A program made the position numbers and the translations under genes. The notes under the pieces are model-generated. The model ran no database searches, had not been told where the DNA came from, and saw only the letters and a list, made by a program, of their open reading frames with translations. From Dendrobates tinctorius (taxonomy: Eukaryota): 64,000 bases of DNA. Of the stretch, positions 49,849-62,156 are shown piece by piece (positions within the stretch are counted from its first letter, which is position 1; each line of letters starts with the position of its first letter). The DNA lies in NCBI RefSeq assembly GCF_039654945.1, contig NW_027361696.1, positions 11,904,001 through 11,968,000 of the forward strand. Reading direction: 5' to 3'.

Positions 49849-52369
49849 CCCCTTTGAGACAAAGCCTGTTTTCACCTTAATGACCAGGCCAATTTTTACA
49901 ATTCTCACCACTGTCACTTTATGAGGTCATAACTCTGAAACGCTTCAACGGATCCTGGTGATTCTGAGATTGTTTTCTCGTGACATTGTACTTTATGATA
50001 GTGGTAAAATTTCTTCAATATGACTTGCGTTTATTTGTGGAAAAAAAAGGAAATTTGGCGAAAGTTTTGAAAATTTCGCATTTTCCAAACTTTCAGTTTT
50101 TATGCCCTTAAAACAGAGAGTAATATCAAACAAAATAGTTAATAAATAACATTTCCCACATGTCTACTTTACATAAACACAATTTTGGAAACTTTTTTTT
50201 GTTAGGAAGTTATAAGGGTTAAGCGTTGACCAGAGATTTCTCATTTTTACAACAAAATTTGCAAAACAATTTTTTTAGGGACCACCTCACACTTGAAGTG
50301 ACTGAGTGGCCTATATAACAGAAAATGTCCAAAAGTGACACCATTCTAAAAACTGCACCCCCAAGGTACTCAAAACCACATTCAAGAAGTTTATTAACCC
50401 TTCAGGTGCTTCACAGGAATTTTTGGAATATTTGAAAAAATTAAATTCAGAACCAATTTGTTTTATTCTACTAAGGGTAACAGGAGATATTGGAAGTTGT
50501 ACAATTTGTCCTGAGTATGCTGATACCCCATATATGCAGGTAAACCACTGTTTGGGCGCATGGCAGAGCTCGGAAGGGAAGGAGCGCAGTTTGACTTTTC
50601 AATGCAAAATTGGCTGGAATTGAGATCGGACGCCATGTCGCATTCAGAGAGCCCCTGATGTGCCTAAACAGTGGAAATCCCCCACAATTGACACCGTTTT
50701 GGAAAGTAGACCCCCTGAGGAACTTATCCAGATGTGTGGTGAGCACTTCGAACCCCCAAGTGCTTCACAGTGGTTTGTAATGTAGAGAAGTAAAAATTAA
50801 AAAAATCATTATTTTCATAAAAATGATCTTTTTGCCCCTAATTTTTCATTTTCCCTAGGGTAACAGGAGAAATTGGACCCCAAAAGTTGTGCAATTTGTC
50901 CTGAGTATGCTGATATCCCTCCATATGTGGGGGTAAACCACTGTTTGGGCGCATAGCAGAGCTCGGAAGGGAAGGAGCTCAGTTTGACTTTTCAATGCTA
51001 ACTTGACTGGAATTGAGATCAGACGACACATTACGTTTGGAGAGCACCTGATGTGCCAAAACAGTGGAAACCCCCCAATTCTATTCCAACCCAAATCCCA
51101 ACGCTAACCACAAACCTAACTTTAGCCCCAACCCTAACGGGAAAATGGAAATAAATAATTTTTTTTTATTTTATTATTTTTCCCTAACTAAGGGGGTGAT
51201 AAAGGGGGGTTTGATTTACTATTTATAGCAGGTTTTTATGTTTGGAAGCTGTCGCACGCTAAAAGACGCTTTTTATTGCAAAAAGTAGTTTTTGCATCAC
51301 TACATTTTGAGAGCTATAATTTTTACATATTTTGGCCCACAGCGTCACGTGAGGTCTTGTTTTTTGCGGGACGAGTTGACTTTTTTATCGGTACCATTTT
51401 CGGGCACATGACTTTTTATTCCGATTTTTGGGAGGCAGAATGAACAAAAACCAGCAGTCCAGGAATTGCTTTTTTTTAATTTTTTTATAATTTTTTTTTT
51501 ATATATACCGTTCCATGTGTGGTAAACTTGACAAAGCAGTTTTATTCTTTGGGTCAGTATGATAGCTATACCTCATTTATATTTTTTTTTTCATGTTTTG
51601 GCGCTTTTACACAAAAACTATGTTATAGAAAAAAATAATTATTTTTGCATTGCTTTACTCTGAGAGTTACAACTTTTTTATTTTTCTGCTGATGGAGGCT
51701 TGATTTTTGAGGGACAAGATGATGTTTTCAGTGGTACCATTTTTATTTACTTGTCTTTTTGATTGTGTTTTATCGCACTTTGTTCGACGGTATGATGATA
51801 AAGCATTGTTTTTACCTCGTTTACTTTTGTTTACAGTGTTCACTGAAGTGGTTAACTAGTGGGACAGATTTATAGAGCGGGTCGTTACGGATCCGGCGAT
51901 ACCAAATAGGTGTACTTTTATTTTTTTTTTCTTTATTTGGGGATTTTTACAAAAAGTATTTTTACACATTCTAATTTTTTTTTAACTTTATAACAGTGTC
52001 TCAGGTTGGGACGTCACTATATCATGTGAAATCGCTGATCTGACACATTGCATAGCACAGTGTCAGATCAGCAATCTGACAGGCAGTGAAGGAGGCTTGC
52101 CGGCGCTCGCAAGTCAACTCCCTGCAGGACCCCACGGCCATCTTGGAGCCGTGGGTCTCCATGGAGACCACCGGAACAATGCGATCGCATTGCGTTTTTC
52201 CAGTGGGAGAGTGCAGGGAGTCCCCCTCCCTGCGCAATTTTTCTCTATGCCGCTGTCAGTACTAAAAGCGGCATCAGAGGGGGTAAATGCCACGATCGGT
52301 GATTGCCATGGCGCTCAGCGTGAGGTAGCGTGATCGTGCCGCCGTACTAGTACTGCAATCAAGGAGGGG
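49849..52369 (+). mobile_element. Non-autonomous piggyBac-like transposon
   Basis: TTAA|cccct...agggg|TTAA, inserted at a TTAA of the 46-mer; no transposase ORF; internal ~400-bp duplication. Confidence 0.85.
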
Positions 52370-52449
52370 TTAACAAGCGTGCATTAAACCGCTGAGAGCC
52401 CAACCAAATCCCACAAGCATGCATTAATCCCTACCCTCCAAGATGCCAA

Positions 52450-53170
52450 CCAAGAGACAAAATGAGCAAAAACCCTGCTGTAACTAAATAAATAAAAAAA
52501 CAAAAGTGCATTAAAATAACAGAGCTCTTAGTAATACTGTTTTTGAACAAAAATAACAAAAGTCATCCCACCATTGACAAGGTGACTCTGATCGGGGCGG
52601 TCCTACACTGTCTAATATTAATGACCTTACCATATGTCAGAGTTGACCTCAGTGTGTGAATAAGGGCAGACACTGACGGGTCCCAACCACTAGGTTATCA
52701 GTCAGGGGAAGCCTTTAAATACAGTTTCCAGCTCAGGAGAGGGAGGCCAAAGCCCGGCTTGCACAGAATGCAAAAATACAAAGGAAAAAAAACACAAAAA
52801 TTGAGCTTGCTTTGAGTTGGTACACATGCAGCACATAAACGCATGTTCACATTGGCCATAAAGCATACAAAACCTACAAGAGACAAAATGAGAAAAACCC
52901 TGTTGTAATTAAATAAAAAGTGCATTTAAGTAATTCAGAGTTCTTAGTAATACTGTATTTGAGCAAATATAGCATAAAAGCCGTCCCACCATCCACAAGG
53001 TGACTCTGTGGTCGGGGCGGTCCTACACTAATTTTTTTTTACTTAGTTACAGCAGGATTTTTGCTCATTTTGTCTTTTGTAGGTTTTGTATGCTTTATGG
53101 CCAATGTGAACATGCGTTTATGTGCTGCATGTATACCAACTCAAACCAAGCTCATCTCTGTGTTTTTTCA
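52450..53170. mobile_element. Element with a tandem plus inverted terminal arrangement, possibly Penelope-like
   Basis: Direct repeat aagagacaaaatgag...ggggcggtcctacac at about 52452 and 52878; inverted copy of about 52786-52915 at about 53035-53168. Confidence 0.5.
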
Positions 53171-53399
53171 GACCCCACAAGCGTCCATTAATCCCCCACT
53201 ACCAAAGCGTTCAAGATCACAGCAACATTAATCCCACTAGATAGCCCTCAACCAAAAATCTAAGACATCAACTCTTAAGAACGTTTTCCAGTGAGGAGTC
53301 TGACCTCTGACTTCGCTCCCAGCAGCTGACAGACAGGGGCATCAGACTGCTGAGACAAATATCTAATGGCAGTTTCTCTTCCTGCCTGTGCGACGTCAG

Positions 53400-53630
53400 A
53401 ACAGGCCCCCGGAAATGACATCATACCTAGAAGCAGCCCATTCATTGTAGCGTCCACCCTCCAGCCTCACCACCTTCTTCCGGCCGTCGCTCTGCCGATG
53501 TCACTGTGTGGGCGGAGTCAGTAAATCCCGCTCTTGCAGCTGATTGGACGACACGCCGTAGCGTCATCACGTCGCCGCCCGCCCTGAGAGTGACGTCTGT
53601 TGTGTGGTGTGCGGCCCAGTGCTCGGTGCT
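53400..53630 (+). promoter_or_regulatory. USP48 CpG-island, TATA-less promoter and 5' UTR
   Basis: CCGGAA 53409, CTTCCGG 53477, GGGCGG 53510, ATTGG 53543, TGACGTC 53591; high CpG density just upstream of the ATG. Confidence 0.75.
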
Positions 53631-53764
53631 ATGGCTCCACGGCTGCAGCTGGAGAAGGCGGCCTGGCGGTGGGCCGAGAGCGTCCGCCCGGAGGAAGTTA
53701 CCCTGGAGCACATCGAGACGGCCTACCGCGTCCTCTTGGAGCCGTGCGTGCGGGGACTGTGCCG
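53631..53764 (+). CDS. USP48: USP48 exon 1: [45 protein letters not shown]
   Basis: Matches recalled USP48 N-terminus [23 protein letters not shown]; cg|gtaact donor, phase 2. Confidence 0.97.
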
Positions 53765-53799
53765 GTAACTGCCGCGGCGCGCTAAATCCTCCCTCCCAG

Positions 53800-55310
53800 G
53801 CCGCAACCGGCACTGCCTCCCGGGGACCAGACCCCCACCGACCGCGACCGGCACTGCCTCCCGGGGCAGGACCCCGCCACCGGCTCTACCTCCCGGGGCA
53901 GGACCCCCCCACCGACCGCGACCGGCACTGCCTCCCGGGGGGCAGGACCCCCCCGCCAACCGCGACCGGCACTGCCTCCCGGGGGGCAGAACCCCCCCCG
54001 CCAACCGCGACCGGCACTGCCTCCCGGGGGGCAGGACCCCCCCCGCCAACCGCGACCGGCACTGCCTCCCGGGGGGCAGGACCCCCCCCGCCAACCGCGA
54101 CCGGCACTGCCTCCCGGGGGGCAGGACCCCCCCCGCCAACCGCGACCGGCACTGCCTCCCGGGGGGCAGGACCCCCCCCCCCCTGCCAACCGCGACCGGC
54201 ACTGCCTCCCGGGGGGCAGGACCCCCCCCCCCCCTGCCAACCGCGACCGGCACTGCCTCCCGGGGGGCAGGACCCCCCCCCCCCTGCCAACCGCGACCGG
54301 CACTGCCTCCCGGGGGGCAGGACCCCCCCCGCCAACCGCAACCGGCACTGCCTCCCGGGGGGCAGGACCCCCCCCCCGCCAACCGCAACCGGCACTGCCT
54401 CCCGGGGACCAGACCCCCACCGACCGCGACCGGCACTGCCTCCCGGGGCAGGACCCCGCCACCGGCTCTACCTCCCGGGGCAGGACCCCCCCACCGACCG
54501 CGACCGGCACTGCCTCCCGGGGGGCAGGACCCCCCCGCCAACCGCGACCGGCACTGCCTCCCGGGGGGCAGAACCCCCCCCGCCAACCGCGACCGGCACT
54601 GCCTCCCGGGGGGCAGGACCCCCCCCCGCCAACCGCGACCGGCACTGCCTCCCGGGGGGCAGGACCCCCCCCGCCAACCGCGACCGGCACTGCCTCCCGG
54701 GGGGCAGGACCCCCCCCCCGCCAACCGCGACCGGCACTGCCTCCCGGGGGGCAGGACCCCCCCCGCCAACCGCGACCGGCACTGCCTCCCGGGGGGCAGG
54801 ACCCCCCCCGCCAACCGCGACCGGCACTGCCTCCCGGGGGGCAGGACCCCCCCCCCCCCTGCCAACCGCGACCGGCACTGCCTCCCGGGGGGCAGGACCC
54901 CCCCCCCCCCTGCCAACCGCGACCGGCACTGCCTCCCGGGGGGCAGGACCCCCCCCCGCCAACCGCAACCGGCACTGCCTCCCGGGGGGCAGGGCCGACC
55001 CCGCCGACCGGCACTGCCTCCCGGGGGGCAGGACCGACCCCGCCACCGACCGGCACCGCCTCCCGGGGGGCAGGACCGACCCCGCCACCGACCGGCACCG
55101 CCTCCCGGGGGGCAGGACCGACCCCGCCACCGCCTCCCGGGGGGCAGGACCGACCCCGCCACCGCCTCCCGGGGGGCAGGACCGGCACCGCCTCCCGGGG
55201 GGCAGGACCGGCACCGCCTCCCGGGGGGCAGGACCGGCACCGCCTCCCGGGGGGCAGGACCGACCCCGGCACCGACAGGCACTGCCTCCCGGGGGGCAGG
55301 ACCCCCCATC
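53800..55310. repeat. Extremely GC/CpG-rich ~45-bp minisatellite (ccgccaaccgcgaccggcactgcctcccggggggcaggacccccc) in USP48 intron 1
   Basis: About 33 copies; ~580-bp higher-order duplication (blocks at about 53821 and 54403). Confidence 0.97.
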
Positions 55311-55920
55311 GGCTGCCCGTGGGGGGGACTGCCGTGGTGTTGGAGGGGCAGCTGCTGGGTTGCCGTGAGGACTGTCGGGCGACCCTCGCCCTCCTCACAC
55401 TTATTGTCTGCAATGATTGGGCACAGAGCCGCCATCTAAGCCCAATATCAGAAAGTAAGCCAGTTGTTTCCGGGAAAATCACCGGTCTGTATTTAACTCC
55501 TTCACCCCTGTTCCCCCCCCCCCTCCATGACGGGGCAGACTTAACATTTTCGGGCAGCGTCTCAATGATGTTACGTAGGATCGGTGATTGCTCACACGAA
55601 TGTTGTATGTCATTAGTCATGTGACGTCAGATTGGGGTTGATCGATAGCTTTATGATGTGGGGGCAGCGGATGCCACCATTAACATTACTTACGTGGGAG
55701 TGTGCCACAGACTTTCATGTAGACGCCACTCTTCTCTTTCTCACGTTGGCCCTCATATGTGACTGCCCCTGCGATCCTTACAGGGACTGCCGCACTGAAT
55801 GGCGTCAAGAGCCAAAGCAGGCACTCAGTGCTGCCAATCACCGAGGCCTGTACGAAGTCTGAGTGGACGCTCCCTGTAATTGGACATTTCTATCTTTTCA
55901 CTGCTGGTTTTGTTTTCCAG

Positions 55921-56041
55921 AAGGAACTGTAAAGGAAATCCTAACTGTCTGGTGGGTGTGGGTGAGCACGTGTGGCTGGGGGAGATTGACGAGAACAGCT
56001 TCCATAACATCGACGATCCCAACAGTGAGCGACGAAAGAAG
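55921..56041 (+). CDS. USP48: USP48 exon 2: [40 protein letters not shown]
   Basis: ttttgttttccag acceptor and aag|gtcagt donor; phase 2-0. Confidence 0.97.
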
Positions 56042-56251
56042 GTCAGTCCCATCCTCCTTCTCCAGAGTGAGTGTTCTTACCGGCTAATGCTGCCCTCCTC
56101 CTCCTGTATCCATTGTGTTACCGTGTTGTGTCCCACTCTTCAGCATCCACCTCACTTAGTCTCCCGAAAACCAGCTGCCTAGTCACCTCGTCTAGTCAAG
56201 CCTTGCCTCTCCACGCCGGCTGCCTCACCTGTTCCCACTTTTCCTCTCCAG

Positions 56252-56408
56252 AACACCTTTGTCGGGCTGACCAATCTGGGGGCCACATGTTACGTGAACA
56301 CGTTCGTGCAAGTCTGGTTCCTGAACATGGAGCTGCGGCGAGCATTCTACCTGTATGAGGATGCCTCCAGCGTGCAGAGGGTGGAGGACTGCATCCAGGA
56401 GGACAAAG
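56252..56408 (+). CDS. USP48: USP48 exon 3 with catalytic Cys box: [52 protein letters not shown]
   Basis: ttcctctccag acceptor and aag|gtcgga donor; USP Cys box GLxNLGATCYxN; phase 0-1. Confidence 0.96.
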
Positions 56409-56625
56409 GTCGGAGGGGCGCTCGTTTGAATGGGGGGTGGGTGTACTTTTCTGGGATGAAAATAAAATTAAATATAACAATTTCTCCAGACTCTGGAGAT
56501 GGATCTGGACACTTCACATGTCTGCAGATCATTTATGTACTGGGAGCACTAAAGAAATCTGCTCTGCCCACGCCCTAATGGTGGAGACAGAAGGGAGATG
56601 ACTATGTCCTGTGTTTCCCCCCCAG

Positions 56626-56753
56626 AGTACGAGCCGCAGACCATCTGTGAGCACCTGCAGTATCTCTTCGCTCTACTCCAGAACAGTAACAGGCGATACA
56701 TCGACCCGTCGGGGTTCATCAGGGCACTGGGACTGGACACGGGGCAGCAGCAG
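56626..56753 (+). CDS. USP48: USP48 exon 4: [43 protein letters not shown] (gene continues beyond the window)
   Basis: tttcccccccag acceptor and cag|gtgagg donor; phase 1-0; ends just before the expected DAQEF motif. Confidence 0.97.
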
Positions 56754-56960
56754 GTGAGGACTGGTGGTATGACACCCTGACATGGGGTTATGGAGACCCC
56801 CTGAGCCTGCTGTGCACCAACTACCAGGGATGACACTCATAGAAGGGTGACACGTTCTCCTCCAGACACTAGACCTCCTATAGCCGCCCTCACGCCACAC
56901 CTGAGGGCCACTCATACGCCAGTTATACCACGGAGCTGCAGTCACTGTTTATATACATTA

Positions 56961-57384
56961 GGCTAGTTTCACACTAGCGTATGAAGGAGCTGCGAAGGGA
57001 TACAGACTTCCTCCGTGAAGCTCTGCGCCCTGACACGCCTCCTCCGTTAAGCTCCGCCCCCGTCGGCCTGCGTACCCAATCTTTAGCATTGGTTATGCAG
57101 GCCATGCCAATGTATGCGGATGCCTCCGCATGCGTCGTTTTGACGGTGCGGCGACTGCATCAAAATGCAACACGTTGCGTTCGGCGCAGGTCGCCGCACC
57201 ATCAAAACGACGCATGCAGAGGCATCCGCATACATCGGCATGGCTTGCGTACCCAATGCTAAAGATAGGGTACGCATGCCGATGGAGGTGAAGCTGAACG
57301 GAGGAGGTGCGGCAGGGGGCGGAGCTTCACGGAGGAAGTCCGCATTCCTTCGCAGCTCCTCCATACGCTAGTGTGAAACTAGCC
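56961..57384. mobile_element. Harbinger-type fold-back MITE
   Basis: tta|ggctagtttcacactagcgtatg...catacgctagtgtgaaactagcc; near-perfect 424-bp palindrome. Confidence 0.92.
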
Positions 57385-57912
57385 TTGCATTACTGATCCT
57401 GAGTTACATCCTGTATTATACCCCAGAGCTGCACTCACTATTCTGCTTGTTCAGTCACTGTGTACATACATTACTTTACTGATCCTGAGATACCTCCTGT
57501 ATTATACTCCAGAGCTGCACTCACTATTCTGCTGGTGCAGTCACTGTGTACATACATTACTGATCCTGAGTTACATACTGTATTATACTCCAGAGCTGCG
57601 CTCACTATTCTGCTGGTGCAGTCACTGTGTACATACATTACATTACTGATCCTGAGTCACATCCTGTATTATACTCCAGAGCTGCACTCACTATTCTGCT
57701 GGTGGAGTCACTGTGTACATACATTACATTACTGATCCTGAGTCACATCCTGTATTATACTCCAGAGCTGCACTCACTATTCTGCTGGTGCAGTCACTGT
57801 GTACATACATTACATTACTGATCCTGAGTTACATCCTGTATTATACCCCAGAGCTGCACTCACTATTCTGCTGGTGCAGTCACTGTGTACATACATTACT
57901 GATCCTGAGTTA
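57385..57912. repeat. 81-86-bp satellite (ccagagctgcactcactattctgctggtgcagtcactgtgtacatacattactgatcctgag...)
   Basis: About 6 tandem copies; array starts at about 56920, before the MITE. Confidence 0.93.
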
Positions 57913-58360
57913 CCGTATTTTTCGGACTATAAGACGTACCTAGGTTTTAGAGGAGGAAAAAAATGTGGTCAATTCTGTACTTAATATCCTCTATCCTGGT
58001 GTGCATGGCCCCCTGGTCCCCATCCTGGTGTGCACGCCCCCTGCCCTTTCGTCCCCATCCTGGTGTGCACAGCCCCATCCCTATTCTGGTATGATTGTCC
58101 CCCATCCCGATCCTGGTATGCATGGCCCCAAACATTAAAAAAAAACAAACAAAAAACTAGTTACCTTCCTGGCGCTCCCTCGCAGTGTCCTGCTCCATTG
58201 CCAGCAGCTGCTTAATGCTTGTAAGCAGTGATTGGCAGAGACACCATGCGCTGTATGCAAGCCTAAGGGCAGCCGCCAGAATACTCACTGCTCTGCACGC
58301 CGGGACTGTATGCGCAGAGTAGTGCGCACAGTGTCAGCCAGAGCATTCCTGCAGCTGCCG
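57913..58360 (+). mobile_element. pogo/Tigger-like non-autonomous fragment
   Basis: TA|ccgtatttttcggactataagacg terminus; the far boundary is uncertain. Confidence 0.5.
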
Positions 58361-58369
58361 GGCGGTCAC

Positions 58370-59555
58370 ATACACCCGATTGCCGCGGCACTCAGCTGTA
58401 TGTGACCACTGACAGCCCGCAGCAACGCTCACGAGGGGGGCTCCCTGCATGCTTCCCTCCGAACAATGCAATGCAATCGCGTTGTTCTGATGGTCTCCAT
58501 GGAGACCCCGGGCACCAAGATGGCCACCAAGGGTCCTTCTGGGTCCTGCAGGGAAGGTGGCTTGTGAGCGGAATGAATCCTTCCCTGCCTGTCAGATCCT
58601 GATCTGATACTCTCAGTGCAGTGTCAGATCAGCGATCTGACATTAAATAGTGATGTCCCATCCTGGGACAATGTAAAACAATAAAAATAAATATATTAGG
58701 CTAGTTTCACACTAGCGTTCACGGGCGCAGGGCCGCCGCTAAGCCCCGCCCCTAGCCACGCCCCCTCCGGTCAGTTCCTCCTCTGATCGCATGATACTGC
58801 ATGCTATCACCGTACCCTATATTTAGCGCTTTTGTACGCTGGGCGCAGCGCCAGCAAAATCATACCAGCGCACGGTCAGCGTACCAACGCTAAATATAGG
58901 GTACGGTGATAGCATGCAGTGTCATGCGATCGAAGGGGGCGGGGCTTAGCGGCGGCGCTGCACTTGAGAACGCTAGTGTGAAACTAGCCTTAGAATGTGT
59001 AAAAATATTTTTTAAAAATCCCTAAATAAAGAAAAAAATAAATTTTCCAATAAATACATCTATTTATGAAAATAAAAGAGCACATATTGGTATTGCCCTG
59101 TCCGTAGCGACCCGCTCAATAACTGTCCCACTAGTTAACCCCTTCAGTGAGCAACGTAAAAAAATAAATAAAAAGAGGCAAAAATCAAAGCTTTAATCAT
59201 ACCGCCGAACAAAAGTGCAATAAAAGGCAATCAGAAAGACAGATGTAAATTAAAATGGTACCGCTGAAAAATGTTATCTTGTCCTGCAAAAAACAAGCCG
59301 CCATAGAGCTCCATCAGCAGAAAATAAGTTATAGCTCTCAGAATAAAGCGATGCAAAAATATTTTTTCTATGAAATAGTTTTTGTGTAAAAGCACCAAAA
59401 CACAAAAAAAATATAAATGAGGTATTGCTGTAATCGTACTGACCTGAAGAATAAAGCTGTCTTACCAAATTTCCCACACGCGGACCCGTATAAAAAAAAA
59501 AAAAACACAAAACAAAAAGCAACTCCTGAATTGCTGGTCTTCCAAAAATCAGAAG
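58370..59555 (-). mobile_element. piggyBac-like element fragment (family of 1-1449 and 49849-52369), inverted; related piece at about 61090-61335
   Basis: Reverse complement of shared motifs gtcagatcgctgatctgacac, ggggttaactagtgggacag and tcagtacgattacagc. Confidence 0.8.
58699..58989. mobile_element. Harbinger-type MITE (same TIR as 56961)
   Basis: TTA|ggctagtttcacactagcgttc...gaacgctagtgtgaaactagcc|TTA. Confidence 0.92.
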
Positions 59556-59559
59556 AATA

Positions 59560-60702
59560 ATAATCTTTATATAGCGCCAACATATTATAATAATAATTTT
59601 TATTTATATAGTGCCAACATATTCCGCAGCACTTTACAATTAAGCGGGGACATGTACAGACAATAAATTCAATACAAGTTAAACAGTGACATTAGGAGTG
59701 AGGTCCCTGCTCGCAAGCTTACAATCTACAAGGAAATGGGGGGACACAGTAGGTGAAAAGTGCTTATTTCAGGTCTGGCAATTATAATAAATAGGGATTT
59801 TAATATAAAGCTGCATGATCCAGTCATCAGCCCATGTGTTTAAGTGCAATAGTCAAGTATCAGGTGCAGTTATCATGTGCATGGAGGGTGTGGAGACAGA
59901 TGAATAGTAGGGTGCAGATTCAGAATAATATTTGGAAGGAGGGAACAGGGCAAAGTTAGTTTACTGAGTAGTTGATGTGATAGGCTTGTTTGAAGAGTTG
60001 GGTTTTCAAAGCGCGCTTGAATAGGTCGGAGCTAGGTATCAGTCTGATCGTCTGAGAAAGTGCATTCCAGAGAGCTGACGCAGCACGAGAGAAGTCTTGG
60101 AGACGGAGGTGCAAGGTTCGGATTACGGTGGATGTTAGTCATAGGTCATTTGTAGAACGGAGGGCACGTGTAGGGCGATAGACAGAGATGAGAGCGGAGA
60201 TATAAGGCTGTGCAGAACTGTGGAGAGCTTTGTGGGTGAGAGAGATGAGTTTATACTGGACCCTGTAGCGAATACGTAGCCAGTGTAATGACTGGCACAA
60301 GATGGAGGCATCGGTGAAGCGGCTGGACAGAAATATGACCCTGGCTGCCGCATTCAAGATGGATTGGAGAGGAGAAAGTTTGGTAAGAGGGAGACTGATC
60401 AGAAGAGAGTTACAGTAGTCCAGACGAGAATGAATAAGAGCAACAGTAAGAGTCTTAGCAGTTTCAAAGATGAGAAAAGGTCGGATTCTAGAGATGTTTG
60501 TAAGATGCAGGTGACAAGAGCGAGTGAGTGATCGGATATAGGGAGTAAAGGAAAGTTCTGTGTCGAATATGACCCCAAGACAGCGGGCATGCTGCTTGGG
60601 AGTTATGGTTGAACCCTCCAGGGTTATTTCGATGTTCGGTAGAGTGAGGTTAGTAGAGGGGAGAAACACAAGAAGTTCAGTTTTGGAGAGATTCAGTTTC
60701 AG
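59560..60702 (-). mobile_element. L2 LINE 3' fragment
   Basis: ORF 60139-60669 has ARCLGVIFDTELSF, IHSRLDYCNSLL, LQSILNAAAR, LHWL; L2 tail at about 59560-59640. Confidence 0.93.
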
Positions 60703-61088
60703 CAGTGCTTTACAATTTAAGTTTCAAACATAACAGTCAAAAGTAACAACTTTAGCAATAATACAATGATTAAAGCAAAATAAAACTGCCCTGCTCGTGA
60801 GAGCTTACAATCTACAATGAAGTGGGGGAGATACAAATTACAGGTGTGTATTTACAATGATGGTCCAGCCATCTTGAAGGAGTGGGGGATGGATGTGGAT
60901 AGTGAATGGGCTACACATAAAATGACTGATTAGGGAATGTGATAGACTGTGCTGAACAAATGTGTTTTGAGGGAGTGCCTAAAACTGTGCAAGTTGTGCC
61001 TGGTCCGAATTTCTTGGGGTAGAGCATTCCAGAGGATTGGCGTAGAGCAGAAGTCTTGGAGTCGGGAGTGGGAGGTATGGATTAGTGC
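60703..61088 (-). mobile_element. Second L2 3' fragment (same family as 43495-44792)
   Basis: SHSRLQDF..PILWNALPQEIR...FRHSLKTHLF; gtagattgtaagctctcacgagcaggg motif. Confidence 0.85.
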
Positions 61089-61733
61089 CGTAATAGAAAA
61101 CAAGCAGAAAATGTCATGTGCCCGAAAATGGTAAAAACTGATTTTCGCAATAAAAAGCATCTTTATGTGTGACAGCAGCCAATCGTAAAAACCCAATATA
61201 AATCTGGTATCGCTGTAATCGCACCGATCTGAAGAATAAAGTTGCCTAATCACACTGCATGAGGAATGCATAAAAAACAAAACCAATTCTTCACATGCTG
61301 TTTATTTTTTTCCATTCTGCCTCCCAAAGATCGCAGTAAGGCTTGGCGCACATTTATCCTGCGCTCTGCGTTGAGCGCTTACAGTGGGTTTCCGTGTAAA
61401 TCTCTGAAATATGTGATTCAGACAGAACCTCTGGCGGAAGATTCCCAATAATGAGGCAGATGGAGTCACTGTGAATCGGCGGTGTCCGTCTTTTTAGGAT
61501 TGCATAAAAGTGCTGTCGGCCACAGTTTTGTGCACTTCCGAAAAAAACACCACTTAACAGAGGGCAGACGGAGTGCAGAGTAAATTTCCTGCCTCATTAT
61601 AGTGAATGGATTCCTTGGGGGGATTTCATCCAGGTACGGATTGATAATCTGCCCAGGCGTTCATTTGCCTGGTGGGCCGGCGGCTCTGAATTGCAAAGTG
61701 ACCACAGGTCCTCTAAAACTTTTGACAAAGCCA

Positions 61734-62156
61734 GTCAGCGCATGCTGTCTCGTGCACACGCTGACACCGCAAACCTTCTTGCCACATCTCGCATTGATGT
61801 GCCATCCTGGATGAACTGCACTACCTGAGCCTCTTGTGTGGGTTGTAGAGTCCGTCTCGTGCTACCATGAGTGTGAAAGCACAACCAACATTCAAAAGTG
61901 ACCAAAACATCAGCCAGAAAGCATTGGTACTGAGATGTGGTCTGTGGTCCCCACCTGCAGAACCACTCCTTTATTGAGGGTGTCTTGATAATTGCCAATA
62001 ATTCCCATCTGTTGTCTATTCCATTTGCACAACAGCATGTGAAATTGATTGTCAATCAGTGTTGCTTCCTAAGTGGACAGTTTGATCTTACAGAAGTTTG
62101 ATTTACTTGGAGTTATATTCTTTTGTTTAAGTGTTCCCTTTATTTTTTGAGCAGTG
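61734..62156 (-). mobile_element. Tc1 5' fragment
   Basis: Minus-strand TA|cactgctcaaaaaataaagggaacact TIR; AQVVQFIQDGTSMRDVARRFAVS HTH remnant. Confidence 0.85.

Noticed and set aside
53506-55620. 620/612/570-aa GC-rich ORFs overlapping USP48 exon 1
   Set aside because: Open on both strands because of the GC minisatellite; the real USP48 frame starts at 53631 and splices at 53764
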